Below, one piece after another: positions 30,603 through 40,880 of a stretch of 64,000 nucleotides of DNA (the stretch's first letter is position 1; the number at the start of each line of letters is the position of its first letter). The position numbers and the translations under genes were made by a program. Location: contig JAJNBD010000002.1 of NCBI GenBank assembly GCA_021156105.1, positions 198,416 to 262,415 of the forward strand. The letters are read 5' to 3'. The notes under the pieces are model-generated. The model searched no databases. It saw only the letters and a program-made list of their open reading frames with translations, and was not told where the DNA came from. This DNA is from Gammaproteobacteria bacterium (GTDB lineage: Bacteria > Pseudomonadota > Gammaproteobacteria > CAISUE01).

Positions 30603-32084
30603 ATGTCTGCTTATTATATATTAGCGATTGATCAAGGTACGACTTCTACACGTGCTATTTTATTTGACCAAGATCATCACATCATTGCTTTAGATCAACA
30701 AGAGTTTACGCAATATTTTCCTCAACCAGGTTGGGTGGAGCATGATGCTGAAGAAATTTGGCAAACGGTTTTGACTACTTGCCAAAATGCTATTGCAAAA
30801 TCGCACGTGGATCCAAAGTTAATTGTTGGCTTAGGAATTTCTAACCAGCGTGAAACTTCAATTTTATGGGAAAAATCGACAGGTAAAGTGTTGGGTCGAG
30901 CGATTGTTTGGCAAGATCGTCGAACCGCAGAACAATGTGAAAAATTAAAAGCTGAAAATCTTACGCATTGGATTCAGCAAAAGACAGGTTTATTGTTAGA
31001 TCCTTACTTTTCGGCGACAAAAATCCGTTGGATGTTAGATCATCTTCCTGGGGCGCAACAGAAAGCTGATAATGGTGAATTAGCTTTTGGTACCATCGAA
31101 AGTTTTTTGGTTTGGAAATTAACAGCAGGGAAAGTTCATGTTACTGATGTGACGAATGCTTCAAGAACATTATTGATGAATATTTCCACGCGTCAGTGGG
31201 ATCAAGAATTGCTAGATTTATTTAAAGTGCCACGAGCGCTTTTGCCTGAGATTGTCAGTAATGCAGAAAAAGTAGGTGAAACAGATACCGGGCTTTTGGG
31301 TATCGCGATTCCAATCACTGGCATGGCAGGTGATCAACAAGCGGCTTTAGTTGGGCAGGCGTGTATTGAATCAGGTATGTTAAAAACAACGTTAGGGACG
31401 GGGGCATTTTTAACCTTGAATACCGGTAAACAATTAATTTACTCTTCGCATCAATTGTTAACCACCATGGGTTATGATGTAAAAGGCGATATCGCTTATG
31501 TATTGGAAGGAAGTATTTTCAGTGCAGGCGCGGTGCTGAAATGGCTACGCGATGAATTGCAATTAGTGCAAAATGTCAAAGAGACAGAAGCGCTGGCGCA
31601 ATCTTTATCAGGCAATGACGGTGTTTACTTGGTGCCTGCTTTTACTGGCCTCGGTGCACCTTATTGGAATCCTGATGTGCGTGGCAATTTATCGGGTATT
31701 ACGCGTGGCACCACCAAGGCACATATTGTACGTGCGGCTTTAGAATCGATCGCTTACCAATTACGAGATGTATTGGATGCGATGAATAAAGATGTGGTCG
31801 ATGGTATTAAAGAAATTCGGGTTGATGGTGGCTTAACGGCAAGTGCCTGGTTATTACAGTTTATTGCTAACTTGCTAAATACACCTGTGTTATTGACGGC
31901 AACACAGGAAGCTAGCTGCTATGGTGCAAGTATTTTAGCGGCTATTGGTGCAGGATGCTTTCCTAATTTGAAATCGGCAACGCAGCATTGGCGAGCTGTG
32001 CGAAAATTCCTACCTTCTTTTTCAGCGGAAGAGCGAAATAGCGTGTATGCTGGATGGTTAAAGGCGGTGCATCAACTTTTATAA
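30603..32084 (+). CDS. glpK: Glycerol kinase
   Basis: N-terminal AIDQGTTSTR FGGY-kinase motif, about 494 aa. Confidence 0.9.
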   Translation: MSAYYILAIDQGTTSTRAILFDQDHHIIALDQQEFTQYFPQPGWVEHDAEEIWQTVLTTCQNAIAKSHVDPKLIVGLGISNQRETSILWEKSTGKVLGRAIVWQDRRTAEQCEKLKAENLTHWIQQKTGLLLDPYFSATKIRWMLDHLPGAQQKADNGELAFGTIESFLVWKLTAGKVHVTDVTNASRTLLMNISTRQWDQELLDLFKVPRALLPEIVSNAEKVGETDTGLLGIAIPITGMAGDQQAALVGQACIESGMLKTTLGTGAFLTLNTGKQLIYSSHQLLTTMGYDVKGDIAYVLEGSIFSAGAVLKWLRDELQLVQNVKETEALAQSLSGNDGVYLVPAFTGLGAPYWNPDVRGNLSGITRGTTKAHIVRAALESIAYQLRDVLDAMNKDVVDGIKEIRVDGGLTASAWLLQFIANLLNTPVLLTATQEASCYGASILAAIGAGCFPNLKSATQHWRAVRKFLPSFSAEERNSVYAGWLKAVHQLL

Positions 32085-32176
32085 GATAGTAGGATAGGCT
32101 AAATATATAATTTGTGCCTGGTATTTTTTGTGATGTTATCTAATGATATCGGTTACAATAGGTTCTTTGTAAATTT

Positions 32177-32767
32177 TTGACGTTACCCATGACTGACCAA
32201 AATGATGATATCGACGAACAACGCCGCAAATTTTTAAAAGTTGGCGCTTGTGTATTAGGCGGAGCTGCAGTGGTGGCGGCAAGTTATCCTTTTGTGAAAG
32301 CACTAGGACCTACGGAAAGTACGGAGGCAAAAAATGCCCCGGTGACGGTTGATATTAGTAATTTACACGAAAATGAACAGCTCGCTATTCAATGGCGGGG
32401 AAAGCCTGTCTGGATTATTCGCCGTACGGCGGCAGAAATTGCAGAGCTGGTTAAACCAAATGCAGATTTGTTAGACCCTAATTCGACGTCTGATCAACAA
32501 CCGGCTTTTGCACGTAATCCATATCGTTCTTTGAGGCCAGATATTTTAGTCCTAGTTGGGGTTTGTACTCATCTTGGCTGTATTCCTAACTTTTTTCCAA
32601 ATGCTGGTAGTATTACGCCAAAATGGGAAGGTGGTTTTGTTTGCCCGTGTCATGGTTCGCGCTATGATTTGTCTGGGCGAGTCTTTAAAAATATGCCAGC
32701 ACCTTTGAATTTATTAGTACCACCTTATCATTTCATTGATGAACATACTTTGGTGATTGGGGCATGA
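32177..32767 (+). CDS. petA: Ubiquinol-cytochrome c reductase Rieske iron-sulfur subunit
   Basis: Tat motif RRKFLK; 2Fe-2S boxes CTHLGC and CPCHGS. Confidence 0.85.
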   Translation: MTLPMTDQNDDIDEQRRKFLKVGACVLGGAAVVAASYPFVKALGPTESTEAKNAPVTVDISNLHENEQLAIQWRGKPVWIIRRTAAEIAELVKPNADLLDPNSTSDQQPAFARNPYRSLRPDILVLVGVCTHLGCIPNFFPNAGSITPKWEGGFVCPCHGSRYDLSGRVFKNMPAPLNLLVPPYHFIDEHTLVIGA

Positions 32768-33873
32768 AAACTTTACTAGAGATTATTCTAGGTCCACGCC
32801 ATTTTGTGCCCAAGAATCTTAATTTTTGGTACGTATTTGGCGCGTTACTCTTATTTGCTTTTGTCATACAATTTATTAGCGGGTTATGGTTAGCGATGTT
32901 TTACCAACCCTCTGCCACGCAAGCCTTTGCTTCAATACAATACCTCATGCGTGAAGTGCCTTATGGGTGGTTAATTCACTCTTTGCATGCAGCGGGCGCT
33001 TCTGCCATTTTTATTTTATTATATCTACATATGATTCGTGGCTTGATTTATCGCTCTTATCGTACGCCGCGAGAATTAGTTTGGTTTTTTGGCGTTATAT
33101 TATTTTGGTTGGTAATGGCAGAATCTTTTTTAGGTTATTTGTTACCTTGGGGGCAGATGTCTTACTGGGGGGCAACGGTTGTAACTAATCTGCTGACTGT
33201 TCTGCCGCATGGTGACGATTTTGCGACTTGGCTACGAGGAGACTACCAAGTTTCGGGCGTGACTTTAACGCGCTTTTATGCTTTGCATGTGATTGCTTTA
33301 CCTGTCATGTTAATTTTTGTGATGCAATGGCATATTAAAGCATTACACTATGTTGGTTCTGGTAATCCGCAATTATTGCCTATTGATACGCGCAGTGTTG
33401 ATGGAAAAGTTCCCAAAGATTGTATGGCTTTTTTTCCTTATCAAGCATTGAAAGATTTGCTAGCAATTATTATTTTTCTTATTTTATTTTGCGCCGTTGT
33501 TTTCTTTGTGCCACATCTCTTTCAAGATCCCATTAATTTAATTCCTGCGGATTCAATGCAAACGCCGCAAGAAATTAAACCGCTTTGGTATCTAGCATCT
33601 TTTTATAGCTTGTTGCGCGCTGTGCCCAGTAAATTAGGCGGTATCTTATTTTTAATGTTGAGTATGTTGATGTGGCTATTAATGCCATGGTTAGACCGCT
33701 TGACTAAAGCACGCGTGCATTTGTTGCATAAGTGTCTAGTCGGCGCCTGGGTATTTAGTTGGGGGTTATTAACTTATTTTGGTTTGCAGCCTGTTGCAGC
33801 TTGGATGAATCAGGTATTATTGATTTGTAGCATATCGTACTTTGTTTTATTTATTTTGATGGGGATTTTATGA
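32764..33873 (+). CDS. petB: Cytochrome b
   Basis: Paired His ligands in helices B and D; start overlaps the petA stop. Confidence 0.85.
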   Translation: MKTLLEIILGPRHFVPKNLNFWYVFGALLLFAFVIQFISGLWLAMFYQPSATQAFASIQYLMREVPYGWLIHSLHAAGASAIFILLYLHMIRGLIYRSYRTPRELVWFFGVILFWLVMAESFLGYLLPWGQMSYWGATVVTNLLTVLPHGDDFATWLRGDYQVSGVTLTRFYALHVIALPVMLIFVMQWHIKALHYVGSGNPQLLPIDTRSVDGKVPKDCMAFFPYQALKDLLAIIIFLILFCAVVFFVPHLFQDPINLIPADSMQTPQEIKPLWYLASFYSLLRAVPSKLGGILFLMLSMLMWLLMPWLDRLTKARVHLLHKCLVGAWVFSWGLLTYFGLQPVAAWMNQVLLICSISYFVLFILMGIL

Positions 33874-34115
33874 GTTATCCGGATATTATTGGTTTATTAG
33901 GGGTATTGATTATTATCGTCGCTTACTTTTACCTGCAAGTAGGTAGGATGCAAGCAGAGCAAATAGCTTACTCTTTTCTCAATGCACTGGGTGCAGCCAT
34001 GATTATTTTCTCGCTGATCTTTAAGTGGAATCTTTCTTCTTTTGTGATGGAGGGGACATGGTTTCTGCTAAGTTGTTATGGTTTGGTTAAAGCTTGGTTG
34101 CGCCCAAAAAAATAA
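33870..34115 (+). CDS. Small 2-TM membrane protein, translationally coupled to petB; sits where cytochrome c1 is expected
   Basis: 81 aa, ATGA overlap with petB; no CxxCH haem-binding motif. Confidence 0.4.
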   Translation: MSYPDIIGLLGVLIIIVAYFYLQVGRMQAEQIAYSFLNALGAAMIIFSLIFKWNLSSFVMEGTWFLLSCYGLVKAWLRPKK

Positions 34116-34140
34116 TAATTTTTCGTTTTAAAAGGGCTAA

Positions 34141-34176
34141 TGTAGGGTGGGCAGAGGAGCATAGCAACGTGCCCAC
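34141..34176. repeat. Solo REP-like element
   Basis: tgtagggtgggca...cgtgcccac, same family as the REPs flanking the RAYT gene. Confidence 0.45.
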
Positions 34177-34195
34177 TACTAAATATAATAATCTT

Positions 34196-35125
34196 TTATT
34201 CAAATAAACTAATGAATTTTGGAGAAATGATTAATTGCGCAACAGGCTGCATTTTGCCACCAGGTATCTGAACTTGGGTAATGCAAAGCGCATCTTTGCC
34301 ACAGGCAATAACAAGGCCGTCGGCACCACAGGAAAGTACTTCGCCTGGTAAGGCATGAGAAATATTTTTTACCACATGTGCTTTGCCAACTTTTATCATT
34401 TGTCCATTTTGCTCAAATGCACAACCAGGCCAAGGTGAAAAAGCTCGAATGCGACGCTCTAATACTTCAGCTATTTCTTGCCAGTTCAAAATACTTTCAG
34501 CTTTTTCTAATTTTTTTGCATAATTGGCTTCTGCTTCATTTTGTTTTTCTGCGTTTAATTCACCGCTGATAATTTTAGGCAAGGATTCAATTAACGCTTC
34601 AGCGCCCAAATACGCTATTTTTTGCATTAAGCTTGCGCTGGTATCTTCAGTGGTAATAGGACAGGTTTTTTTATAAAACATGCCGCCCGTATCTAAACCT
34701 TTTTCCATTTGCATAATAGTCACACCAGTTTCCTGATCACCTGTTTCGATTGCGCGCTGTACAGGTGCGGCGCCGCGCCAGCGTGGCAATAATGAACCAT
34801 GAATATTAATGCAACCGTGCTTAGGAATAGATAACACGGCTTCTGGTAATAATAAACCATAGGCTGCAACGATCATGACATCGGCTTGAAAGCTTTTCAG
34901 CGTTTCTTGTATCTCTGTGGTTTTCAGGGTTTCAGGCTGTAAAACTAATAACTGATGTTGCAAGGCTAAAGTTTTAACCGGACTTGCTTGAAGTTTTTGT
35001 CCTCGGCCGGCAGGTCGGTCAGGTTGAGTTAATACGGCAACAATTTCAAAGCGCTTATCATGAATTAACGCTTCTAAGCTAATAGCAGCAAACTCTGGTG
35101 TTCCAGCAAAAATAATTTTAATCAT
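34196..35125 (-). CDS. fmt: Methionyl-tRNA formyltransferase
   Basis: IIFAGTPEFA N-terminus, HGSLLPRWRGAAP motif. Confidence 0.9.
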   Translation of the reverse strand: MIKIIFAGTPEFAAISLEALIHDKRFEIVAVLTQPDRPAGRGQKLQASPVKTLALQHQLLVLQPETLKTTEIQETLKSFQADVMIVAAYGLLLPEAVLSIPKHGCINIHGSLLPRWRGAAPVQRAIETGDQETGVTIMQMEKGLDTGGMFYKKTCPITTEDTSASLMQKIAYLGAEALIESLPKIISGELNAEKQNEAEANYAKKLEKAESILNWQEIAEVLERRIRAFSPWPGCAFEQNGQMIKVGKAHVVKNISHALPGEVLSCGADGLVIACGKDALCITQVQIPGGKMQPVAQLIISPKFISLFE

Positions 35126-35218
35126 GGATTGTCTAAAGATTTTTTAAATCATTGTGATGAATGCACGGTATTGTACCTTATGATGTTCGGTGAACAAAAT
35201 AACTGAAGAATAAGGTTT

Positions 35219-35303
35219 TGATGGGCACGTTACGCTTTGCCCACCCTACAGCATAGGACTACGCAACACTGTAGGGTGGGCAAAGCGTAGCGTGCCCACC
35301 AAA
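35219..35303. repeat. REP doublet (inverted pair, BIME-like) 5' of the RAYT gene
   Basis: gatgggcacgttacgctttgcccaccctacag ... ctgtagggtgggcaaagcgtagcgtgcccacc. Confidence 0.65.
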
Positions 35304-35315
35304 CACAGGAGAAAT

Positions 35316-35826
35316 ATGGGCAATTATCGAAGAATATATCTTTCAGGCGGTTGGTATTTTTTTACAGTAGTAACGTATCAACGCCAGCCTATTCTGTGTG
35401 AGGAAAAAGCATTGCAAAGACTAAAGCAAGCGTTTAAATATACGCAGAAAGATCACCCCTTTAAAACGCATGCCATTGTGATATTGCCAGATCATTTACA
35501 TTGCATTTGGCAGCTTCCAGATGGCGACTCTAATTTTTCAGCGCGCTGGAATAAGATTAAGCGCTATTTTTCGATAGGATCCAGCGCTTTTAGCAATCAT
35601 AGACGTGAAAAAAACATTTGGCAAAGAAGATTTTGGGAGCATGTTCTTAGGGATGAAAAAGATCTTAAAAGGCATTTATTACAACCCAGTAAAGCATGGC
35701 TACGTTAAAGCCCCTAGAGATTGGTTACATAGCTCCTTTCAGAGAGAAGTTGCAAGAGGATTTTACGATAGAAATTGGGGTGCCTATCGAGAGCCTGAAA
35801 GTATAGCGGATATTTTATATGAATAA
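35316..35826 (+). pseudogene. REP-associated tyrosine transposase (RAYT/TnpA-REP, IS200/IS605 superfamily), single-base frameshift near 35670
   Basis: HuH motif LPDHLHCIW and WQRRFWEH...RDE in frame 1. The conserved YYNPVKHGYV...DW..SSF C-terminus continues in the +1 frame. Confidence 0.6.
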
Positions 35827-35832
35827 AGGTTT

Positions 35833-35913
35833 GGTGGGCACGCTGCGCTTTGCCCACCCTACGGTCTTACGGAGTCCCATGTTGTAGAGTGGGCAAAGCG
35901 CAGCGTGTCTACC
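35833..35913. repeat. REP doublet 3' of the RAYT gene
   Basis: ggtgggcacgctgcgctttgcccaccctac ... gttgtagagtgggcaaagcgcagcgtgtctacc. Confidence 0.65.
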
Positions 35914-35935
35914 AATTAATTGAGAATAAAAAGCA

Positions 35936-37024
35936 ATGAACGATCAAATTTCTTCTGAAGAGCTGCTGGCTAGATTTGCTTTTTGGCGTGTTTCTGGAGT
36001 GGGGCCTGCGCTGATGGCAGAATGTCTTAAATATTTTGGTAGTATTCAACTTTTGTTTGAGCAGCTGAAAGAATTGCCTGCCCCGTTGCAGACGCTAATA
36101 CAAAAAGCAGATTGGCGAGGTGCTGAAAAAGACTTCCAATGGTTAAATGAGCCAGGGCATCATTTGGTTATCTTAGGTGAAAAAAACTATCCTAAGGTGC
36201 TAGCCGAAATATCGAATCCGCCGCCATTCCTTTTTGTTAGAGGCGATGTGGCAATATTAAACCAAAAGCAAGTTGCGATTGTGGGTAGCCGTAACCCTAC
36301 GCATTATGGTATTAAAATCACGCAGTTATTTGCCCATGGATTTGCTACTGCTGGACTAGCCGTGGCGAGTGGTTTAGCGCTAGGTATTGATGCGATTGCG
36401 CATGAAGCTGTTTTGAAAGTGCCAGGAAAAACTATTGCAGTATTGGCGGTGGGATTAGACCAAGTCTATCCCAAGCGGCATCAAACCCTAGCAGAAAATA
36501 TTTTGCAGCATGGAGGTGCTTTGGTGGGTGAGTTTGGCGTTGGCACTAAGCCAGTTGCAGAAAATTTCCCAAGGCGCAATCGTATTATCAGTGGTTTAAG
36601 CTTAGGAGTATTGGTTGCAGAAGCAACGGTTAAAAGCGGCTCTCTAATTACAGCGCGTTATGCGTTAGAGCAGGGAAGAGAGGTGTTCGCCGTGCCAGGT
36701 TCAATTTTTCAAACGCTTTCGCAAGGCTGTCACGCTTTGATTAAGCAAGGCGCTGTGTGTGTTGAGAAGGTTGCTGATGTGCTCGAAGCCTTATCTTATG
36801 AGATAGTAATGCCAGCTACTGAAGTTAAGCAAAATAAAATTTTTCCAAATCTTACTACAGATGAACATCACGTGCTTAAGCTGTTAAGCGAAATGCCTCG
36901 AGAATTTGAAGATCTGCTTGCCCAATTAGCTTGGCCTAGTGAAAAATTGCAAATCTGTTTAATGCAATTAAGATTTCAAGGGTTAATTGACCACGACTGG
37001 AGTGGTTATGTCATTAAAAGTTAG
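35936..37024 (+). CDS. dprA: DNA-processing protein DprA (Smf)
   Basis: Rossmann-like core with VAIVGSRNPTHYG and a C-terminal winged-helix region. Confidence 0.85.
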   Translation: MNDQISSEELLARFAFWRVSGVGPALMAECLKYFGSIQLLFEQLKELPAPLQTLIQKADWRGAEKDFQWLNEPGHHLVILGEKNYPKVLAEISNPPPFLFVRGDVAILNQKQVAIVGSRNPTHYGIKITQLFAHGFATAGLAVASGLALGIDAIAHEAVLKVPGKTIAVLAVGLDQVYPKRHQTLAENILQHGGALVGEFGVGTKPVAENFPRRNRIISGLSLGVLVAEATVKSGSLITARYALEQGREVFAVPGSIFQTLSQGCHALIKQGAVCVEKVADVLEALSYEIVMPATEVKQNKIFPNLTTDEHHVLKLLSEMPREFEDLLAQLAWPSEKLQICLMQLRFQGLIDHDWSGYVIKS

Positions 37025-38004
37025 CGCGAAATTTTTCTGATACAAAGTAAAGACAAGAGAGGGAGCTCAATTTCCTTTGTTCTTGAAGTTATTGGTGGTG
37101 GAGGGCTATGCTGCTGCTGAGCTAGTGGGCCTCGCTGCGCTGCAATATAGCGGCTTAGCACTTTTTGTCCTGCCGCGAGCATCTCTCGATCTTTTTGGGC
37201 TGCTTCTTGAGCAGCTAATAAAAAGCTCATGCGACTAACTTGAGCCTTGGTGCTAGGGGGAAGGTGCTTAGCACGCAGTGGAGGGGAACGCTGAGCTTCT
37301 CCTAATTTAATTTTAGCTGGCGAAGATGGGGTGGGCGAATCTTTTTTGGCTAAAGGTTTTGGTGATTTCGCATGCTCTATTTTTGTTGCTGCAGGTTCAG
37401 TTTGTGCGATGTCACTAGGTTTTAGCGGTTTAACAAGCTTTGGAAGTTTTGGTATTTCACTTTCTAGGGAGGCTAATTCTTTAGGCTTTTCTTTTGTGGA
37501 TACAGTTAAAGCTGGTAACATTTGGCTTGTGAGCGTTTGTTTCGTGTGGGCAATGCTAGCTGGAGGAGGTGCTTTTGCTGGAAATATTTTTTGCTCACCT
37601 ACTGTGGCAACTCTTTGTTCGTAAGCTGTTTGGCTTGCCGCAAAAGATTGAAATTGTGTTTGCATTCTGATTAAAGCTGAATGATTTTCGGACCGGTTCA
37701 GTGCTTCAATCAAGGGAATTAAGATTGTTTTTTGAGGGTGATTACATAAGCTTGTATAAAGCTCGAAAGGTGTTGTTGCTGTTTCTAAAAAGGCTAATAA
37801 TAAATTTTGTAGTGTGTGTCTTTCACTTAAGTGATGTCTTTGGGCAATTCTTTGAAAGATTGTCGCAATTTGTAATGTATATAATCCACGGTCGCAAAGC
37901 TCTGCCCATTCTTGAAATAAAAGCGTATTTGTTTGGTAGAAAAAAAGCTTAGCATTGATTAAAGTTTCTAGGATTTTCTTATATTCCCCAAATGTTTCGA
38001 GCAT
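37021..38004 (-). CDS. Hypothetical protein with Pro/Lys-rich central region (effector candidate)
   Basis: 327 aa; helical N-terminal domain then repeated PxxP/KPxK segments. Confidence 0.45.
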   Translation of the reverse strand: MLETFGEYKKILETLINAKLFFYQTNTLLFQEWAELCDRGLYTLQIATIFQRIAQRHHLSERHTLQNLLLAFLETATTPFELYTSLCNHPQKTILIPLIEALNRSENHSALIRMQTQFQSFAASQTAYEQRVATVGEQKIFPAKAPPPASIAHTKQTLTSQMLPALTVSTKEKPKELASLESEIPKLPKLVKPLKPSDIAQTEPAATKIEHAKSPKPLAKKDSPTPSSPAKIKLGEAQRSPPLRAKHLPPSTKAQVSRMSFLLAAQEAAQKDREMLAAGQKVLSRYIAAQRGPLAQQQHSPPPPITSRTKEIELPLLSLLCIRKISR

Positions 38005-38024
38005 TTTAATCCTTAAGGGAAAAT

Positions 38025-38810
38025 TTATTTCCCTTTAAAAACCGCTTTGCGTTTTTCAAGGAAAGCACTGGTGCCTTCTGTTTTATCTTTTGTAGCACAA
38101 GCAGTAGCAAAGTGCAAAGCTTCAAGCTCGAGTGCTTGTGGCAGTGGTAAGTTAAAGCCTTCATCAATGACTTGTAAGCAAGATGCTACCGCAAGAGGTG
38201 CTTGTTGTGTTGCCATGAGTAAGTGTTCGCGGCTTTTCATTAATAAGTCTTCTCCTGGGGTTAAAAGGGTAACGAGCCCCCAATCATAGGCCGTTTTTCC
38301 ATCAATAAATCTGCCAGTAATACATAAATCGATTGCACGGCCTTTGCCAACTAAGCGCGCTAATCGTTGTGTGCCGCCATAACCTGGGATCACGCCAAGC
38401 TTGACTTCTGGCTGACCAAACTGTGCTTTATCAGAAGCGGTTCTGATGCTGGCAGACATGGCAAGTTCACAGCCGCCACCAAAAGCATAACCATTAATTG
38501 CGGCCAACGAAGGCTTGCCTAAAGTTTCTAGCGCGCGAAAGACATGCTGGCCTTGGCGGGCAAAGGCTAAACCGTCTAAAGCATCGGCTTTTGCTAAGCG
38601 ATTAATATCGGCGCCAGCACAAAAAGCTTTGCCTTCTCCGCTAATAAAAACACCCGTAACGCTGGATGTTTCTTTGGCATAAGAAAATGCACAGAATAAT
38701 TCTTGCAACATGGTATCGTTTAAGGCATTTAGTTTATCGGGGCGTGATAAAGTAATTTCAAAAATGCCATCATCAGCAAGCAAAGTTTTAATTGTGGTAA
38801 AGTTTTGCAT
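38025..38810 (-). CDS. Enoyl-CoA hydratase/isomerase (crotonase family)
   Basis: 261 aa; crotonase fold signatures GEGKAFCAGADI and AINGYAFGGGCELAM. Confidence 0.8.
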   Translation of the reverse strand: MQNFTTIKTLLADDGIFEITLSRPDKLNALNDTMLQELFCAFSYAKETSSVTGVFISGEGKAFCAGADINRLAKADALDGLAFARQGQHVFRALETLGKPSLAAINGYAFGGGCELAMSASIRTASDKAQFGQPEVKLGVIPGYGGTQRLARLVGKGRAIDLCITGRFIDGKTAYDWGLVTLLTPGEDLLMKSREHLLMATQQAPLAVASCLQVIDEGFNLPLPQALELEALHFATACATKDKTEGTSAFLEKRKAVFKGK

Positions 38811-38854
38811 AACGTTCCTTTAAATCAACTGAGGTGCCAGGCACTGAGTTTGGT

Positions 38855-39442
38855 TTATAAATTAAAATAAGACTGGATTCCCGTCAATAGCATCTGTACA
38901 GCCATGGTGGCTAACAACATTCCCATTAATCTTTCTATGGCGTGTAATAGTTTCTTTCCTAAAATTTTTAGAATATAGTCGGAAAATAAAAGAATGAGTG
39001 TGCTAACCACAGATGCAACCGCTAAAGCACCAAGCCAAAGCGGCCATTTTTCTGGATGCTGATTGGTTAGCAACATGACGACAGCCATTGATGAGGGGCC
39101 AGCAACAAGAGGGACAGCAAGCGGGACAATAAATGGTTCTTGGCCTTGGGACTCTCGTTGCGGCGTGCTTTCATCTGGAAACATCATTTTCAACGCAATT
39201 AAGAAGAGGATAATCCCCCCAGAAATACCTAGCGCTGCTTGGCTAATGCCTAAAGCGGCTAATACATCTTTGCCGGCAAGTAAAAAAAAGACTAATACAA
39301 AAAATGCAATGATACACTCCCGTAGAATGACATATTGCCTGCGTTTTGATTCAACATTTTTAAGTAACGCTAAAAAGCCTGGAATGTTTCCTAATGGATC
39401 CATGACTAAAAATAGCGTGAAGACGGCGGTGTAGAAAGTCAT
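38855..39442 (-). CDS. MarC-family (UPF0056) membrane protein
   Basis: 195 aa, 6 TM, MarC-like N-terminus. Confidence 0.65.
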   Translation of the reverse strand: MTFYTAVFTLFLVMDPLGNIPGFLALLKNVESKRRQYVILRECIIAFFVLVFFLLAGKDVLAALGISQAALGISGGIILFLIALKMMFPDESTPQRESQGQEPFIVPLAVPLVAGPSSMAVVMLLTNQHPEKWPLWLGALAVASVVSTLILLFSDYILKILGKKLLHAIERLMGMLLATMAVQMLLTGIQSYFNL

Positions 39443-39604
39443 AATAGCTTCTGTATAGTAATATAAAGTTAATTGTAGCGGATCTTTTATGAAAAGCTAT
39501 ACCTGTTTACATTCAGTATATTTCGTGCTTTAATAAAACTGAAGTGGTTTTACTTAAGTCTATTTGCTTAGGTAAAGTTTATTTATTTTAAAAGGAGTTT
39601 AATT

Positions 39605-40192
39605 ATGTTGAAGAAGAAATTGTTGGCGATTGCTGCAACAGCAGCTGTAATGACAGCACCTGTGCTTGCATCAGCAAATCAATTGCAGGACCAAATCAAT
39701 ATTGGTGCAAACTTAGCTGCAGAATTAGCCGCTTACCAAGGAATTTGGCATAGTGACCCAACCCACTCGTTTTCAAGCGATGCTGGTGTAACTGCAATTG
39801 TTAATAGATATGCGGGTGTGATTGCTAGCGGTAGTATTTCTAATACAAGTGAAGCAATTACGATTACTTATGGCTCAGGAAACGCTGTTAACCAAGGTAT
39901 TAGAGGCTTGGTTATGACGTTGACGCCTAAAACCTTCACCGAAGGCGGCGCAAGCGCAACAGGTTTCTCATCTCGTGCAACAGATGCTGCTAAACGTGTA
40001 GACACATGGACCTGTGCATTAGATAACACAACTGTTGGTAATGCAGCATTCATGACTTATGTGGTTGGTGGTAAAACCGCTAACGTTTGGGCAGAAAGTA
40101 AAGTGACTGCTACAGGCGTTAATGGTCAATCTTTAACAAATATCGCAGGCCAAACCTGTGCTAACGTTACTGTTACAACTTCAGCTGGTTAA
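39605..40192 (+). CDS. Secreted pilin-like protein, paralog 1 (Sec signal peptide, two conserved Cys)
   Basis: Signal peptide with ASA cleavage site; RGLVMTLTPK and DTWTCAL...QTCANV motifs shared with the two downstream paralogs; strong SD; own terminator. Confidence 0.6.
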   Translation: MLKKKLLAIAATAAVMTAPVLASANQLQDQINIGANLAAELAAYQGIWHSDPTHSFSSDAGVTAIVNRYAGVIASGSISNTSEAITITYGSGNAVNQGIRGLVMTLTPKTFTEGGASATGFSSRATDAAKRVDTWTCALDNTTVGNAAFMTYVVGGKTANVWAESKVTATGVNGQSLTNIAGQTCANVTVTTSAG

Positions 40193-40228
40193 GATACTTC
40201 TTTAAGTATTTGAAAATAGTTGTGCTTG

Positions 40229-40256
40229 AGGAGGTATTCCAATACCTCCTTTTTTG
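40229..40256 (+). terminator. Rho-independent terminator after pilin-like paralog 1
   Basis: ggaggtatt-cca-atacctcc then T6. Confidence 0.7.
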
Positions 40257-40285
40257 TTAAGAGAATAAGATAAGGTGTGAAAAGG

Positions 40286-40855
40286 ATGTCTTTTTTCTTT
40301 TGTCGGAAGTTTCCTCTTCTGTTTTTACTGCTGGTGAGTTTACTTTTATCACAGCCCGCCTATGCTGTATCACAATTACAAAATGAAATTAATCTTATTT
40401 CGACTTCTATTTCTAAAGCAGTTAAATTTGTTGAAGTTAATAATGCAACGGATGGATATAATTTAGCTAATTTTTCAAATTTAAATATTGCTTCACAGAG
40501 TTTACTCTTAAGTTCTCTTACGATCGATAATGTAACAGGCAAAATTGATCTGGTTGTTGCGGCAGACCGTCCCGCAGTTTCACGCGCTATTCGAGGTTTA
40601 ACGATTAGCCTTACCCCAAAATATTATTCAGCGGATGATCAAAGTTACCATGCTTTTAACCGTACAAACGGCGATGGTTCACACAAAATAGAGACTTGGA
40701 GTTGCACAATTAATAATGCTTCCGCTGGTGCAGATTTTTCTATTTATCGTACATTAGGGCGTATTTACAATGTTTTTGTTCAATCTCAAGTGCTTGATCC
40801 TGAGCTGGAAAATGCATTAAGCAAATATTGCTCTAATACGACAATTGTTGTATAA
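40286..40855 (+). CDS. Secreted pilin-like protein, paralog 2
   Basis: ATG at 40286 (the ORF track uses GTG 40277); signal peptide ...AYA; RGLTISLTPK, ETWSCTIN, KYCSNT motifs. Confidence 0.55.
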   Translation: MSFFFCRKFPLLFLLLVSLLLSQPAYAVSQLQNEINLISTSISKAVKFVEVNNATDGYNLANFSNLNIASQSLLLSSLTIDNVTGKIDLVVAADRPAVSRAIRGLTISLTPKYYSADDQSYHAFNRTNGDGSHKIETWSCTINNASAGADFSIYRTLGRIYNVFVQSQVLDPELENALSKYCSNTTIVV

Positions 40856-40880
40856 GTATAAGTAAACACAAGGGATAAAT

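Noticed and set aside
33870-34115. Calling the 81-aa ORF cytochrome c1
   Set aside because: No CxxCH haem-binding motif and far too short; kept only as a hypothetical membrane protein
35292-35315. N-terminal extension of the RAYT ORF (MPTKHRRN...)
   Set aside because: Overlaps the REP hairpin; a proper aggag SD precedes the internal ATG at 35316
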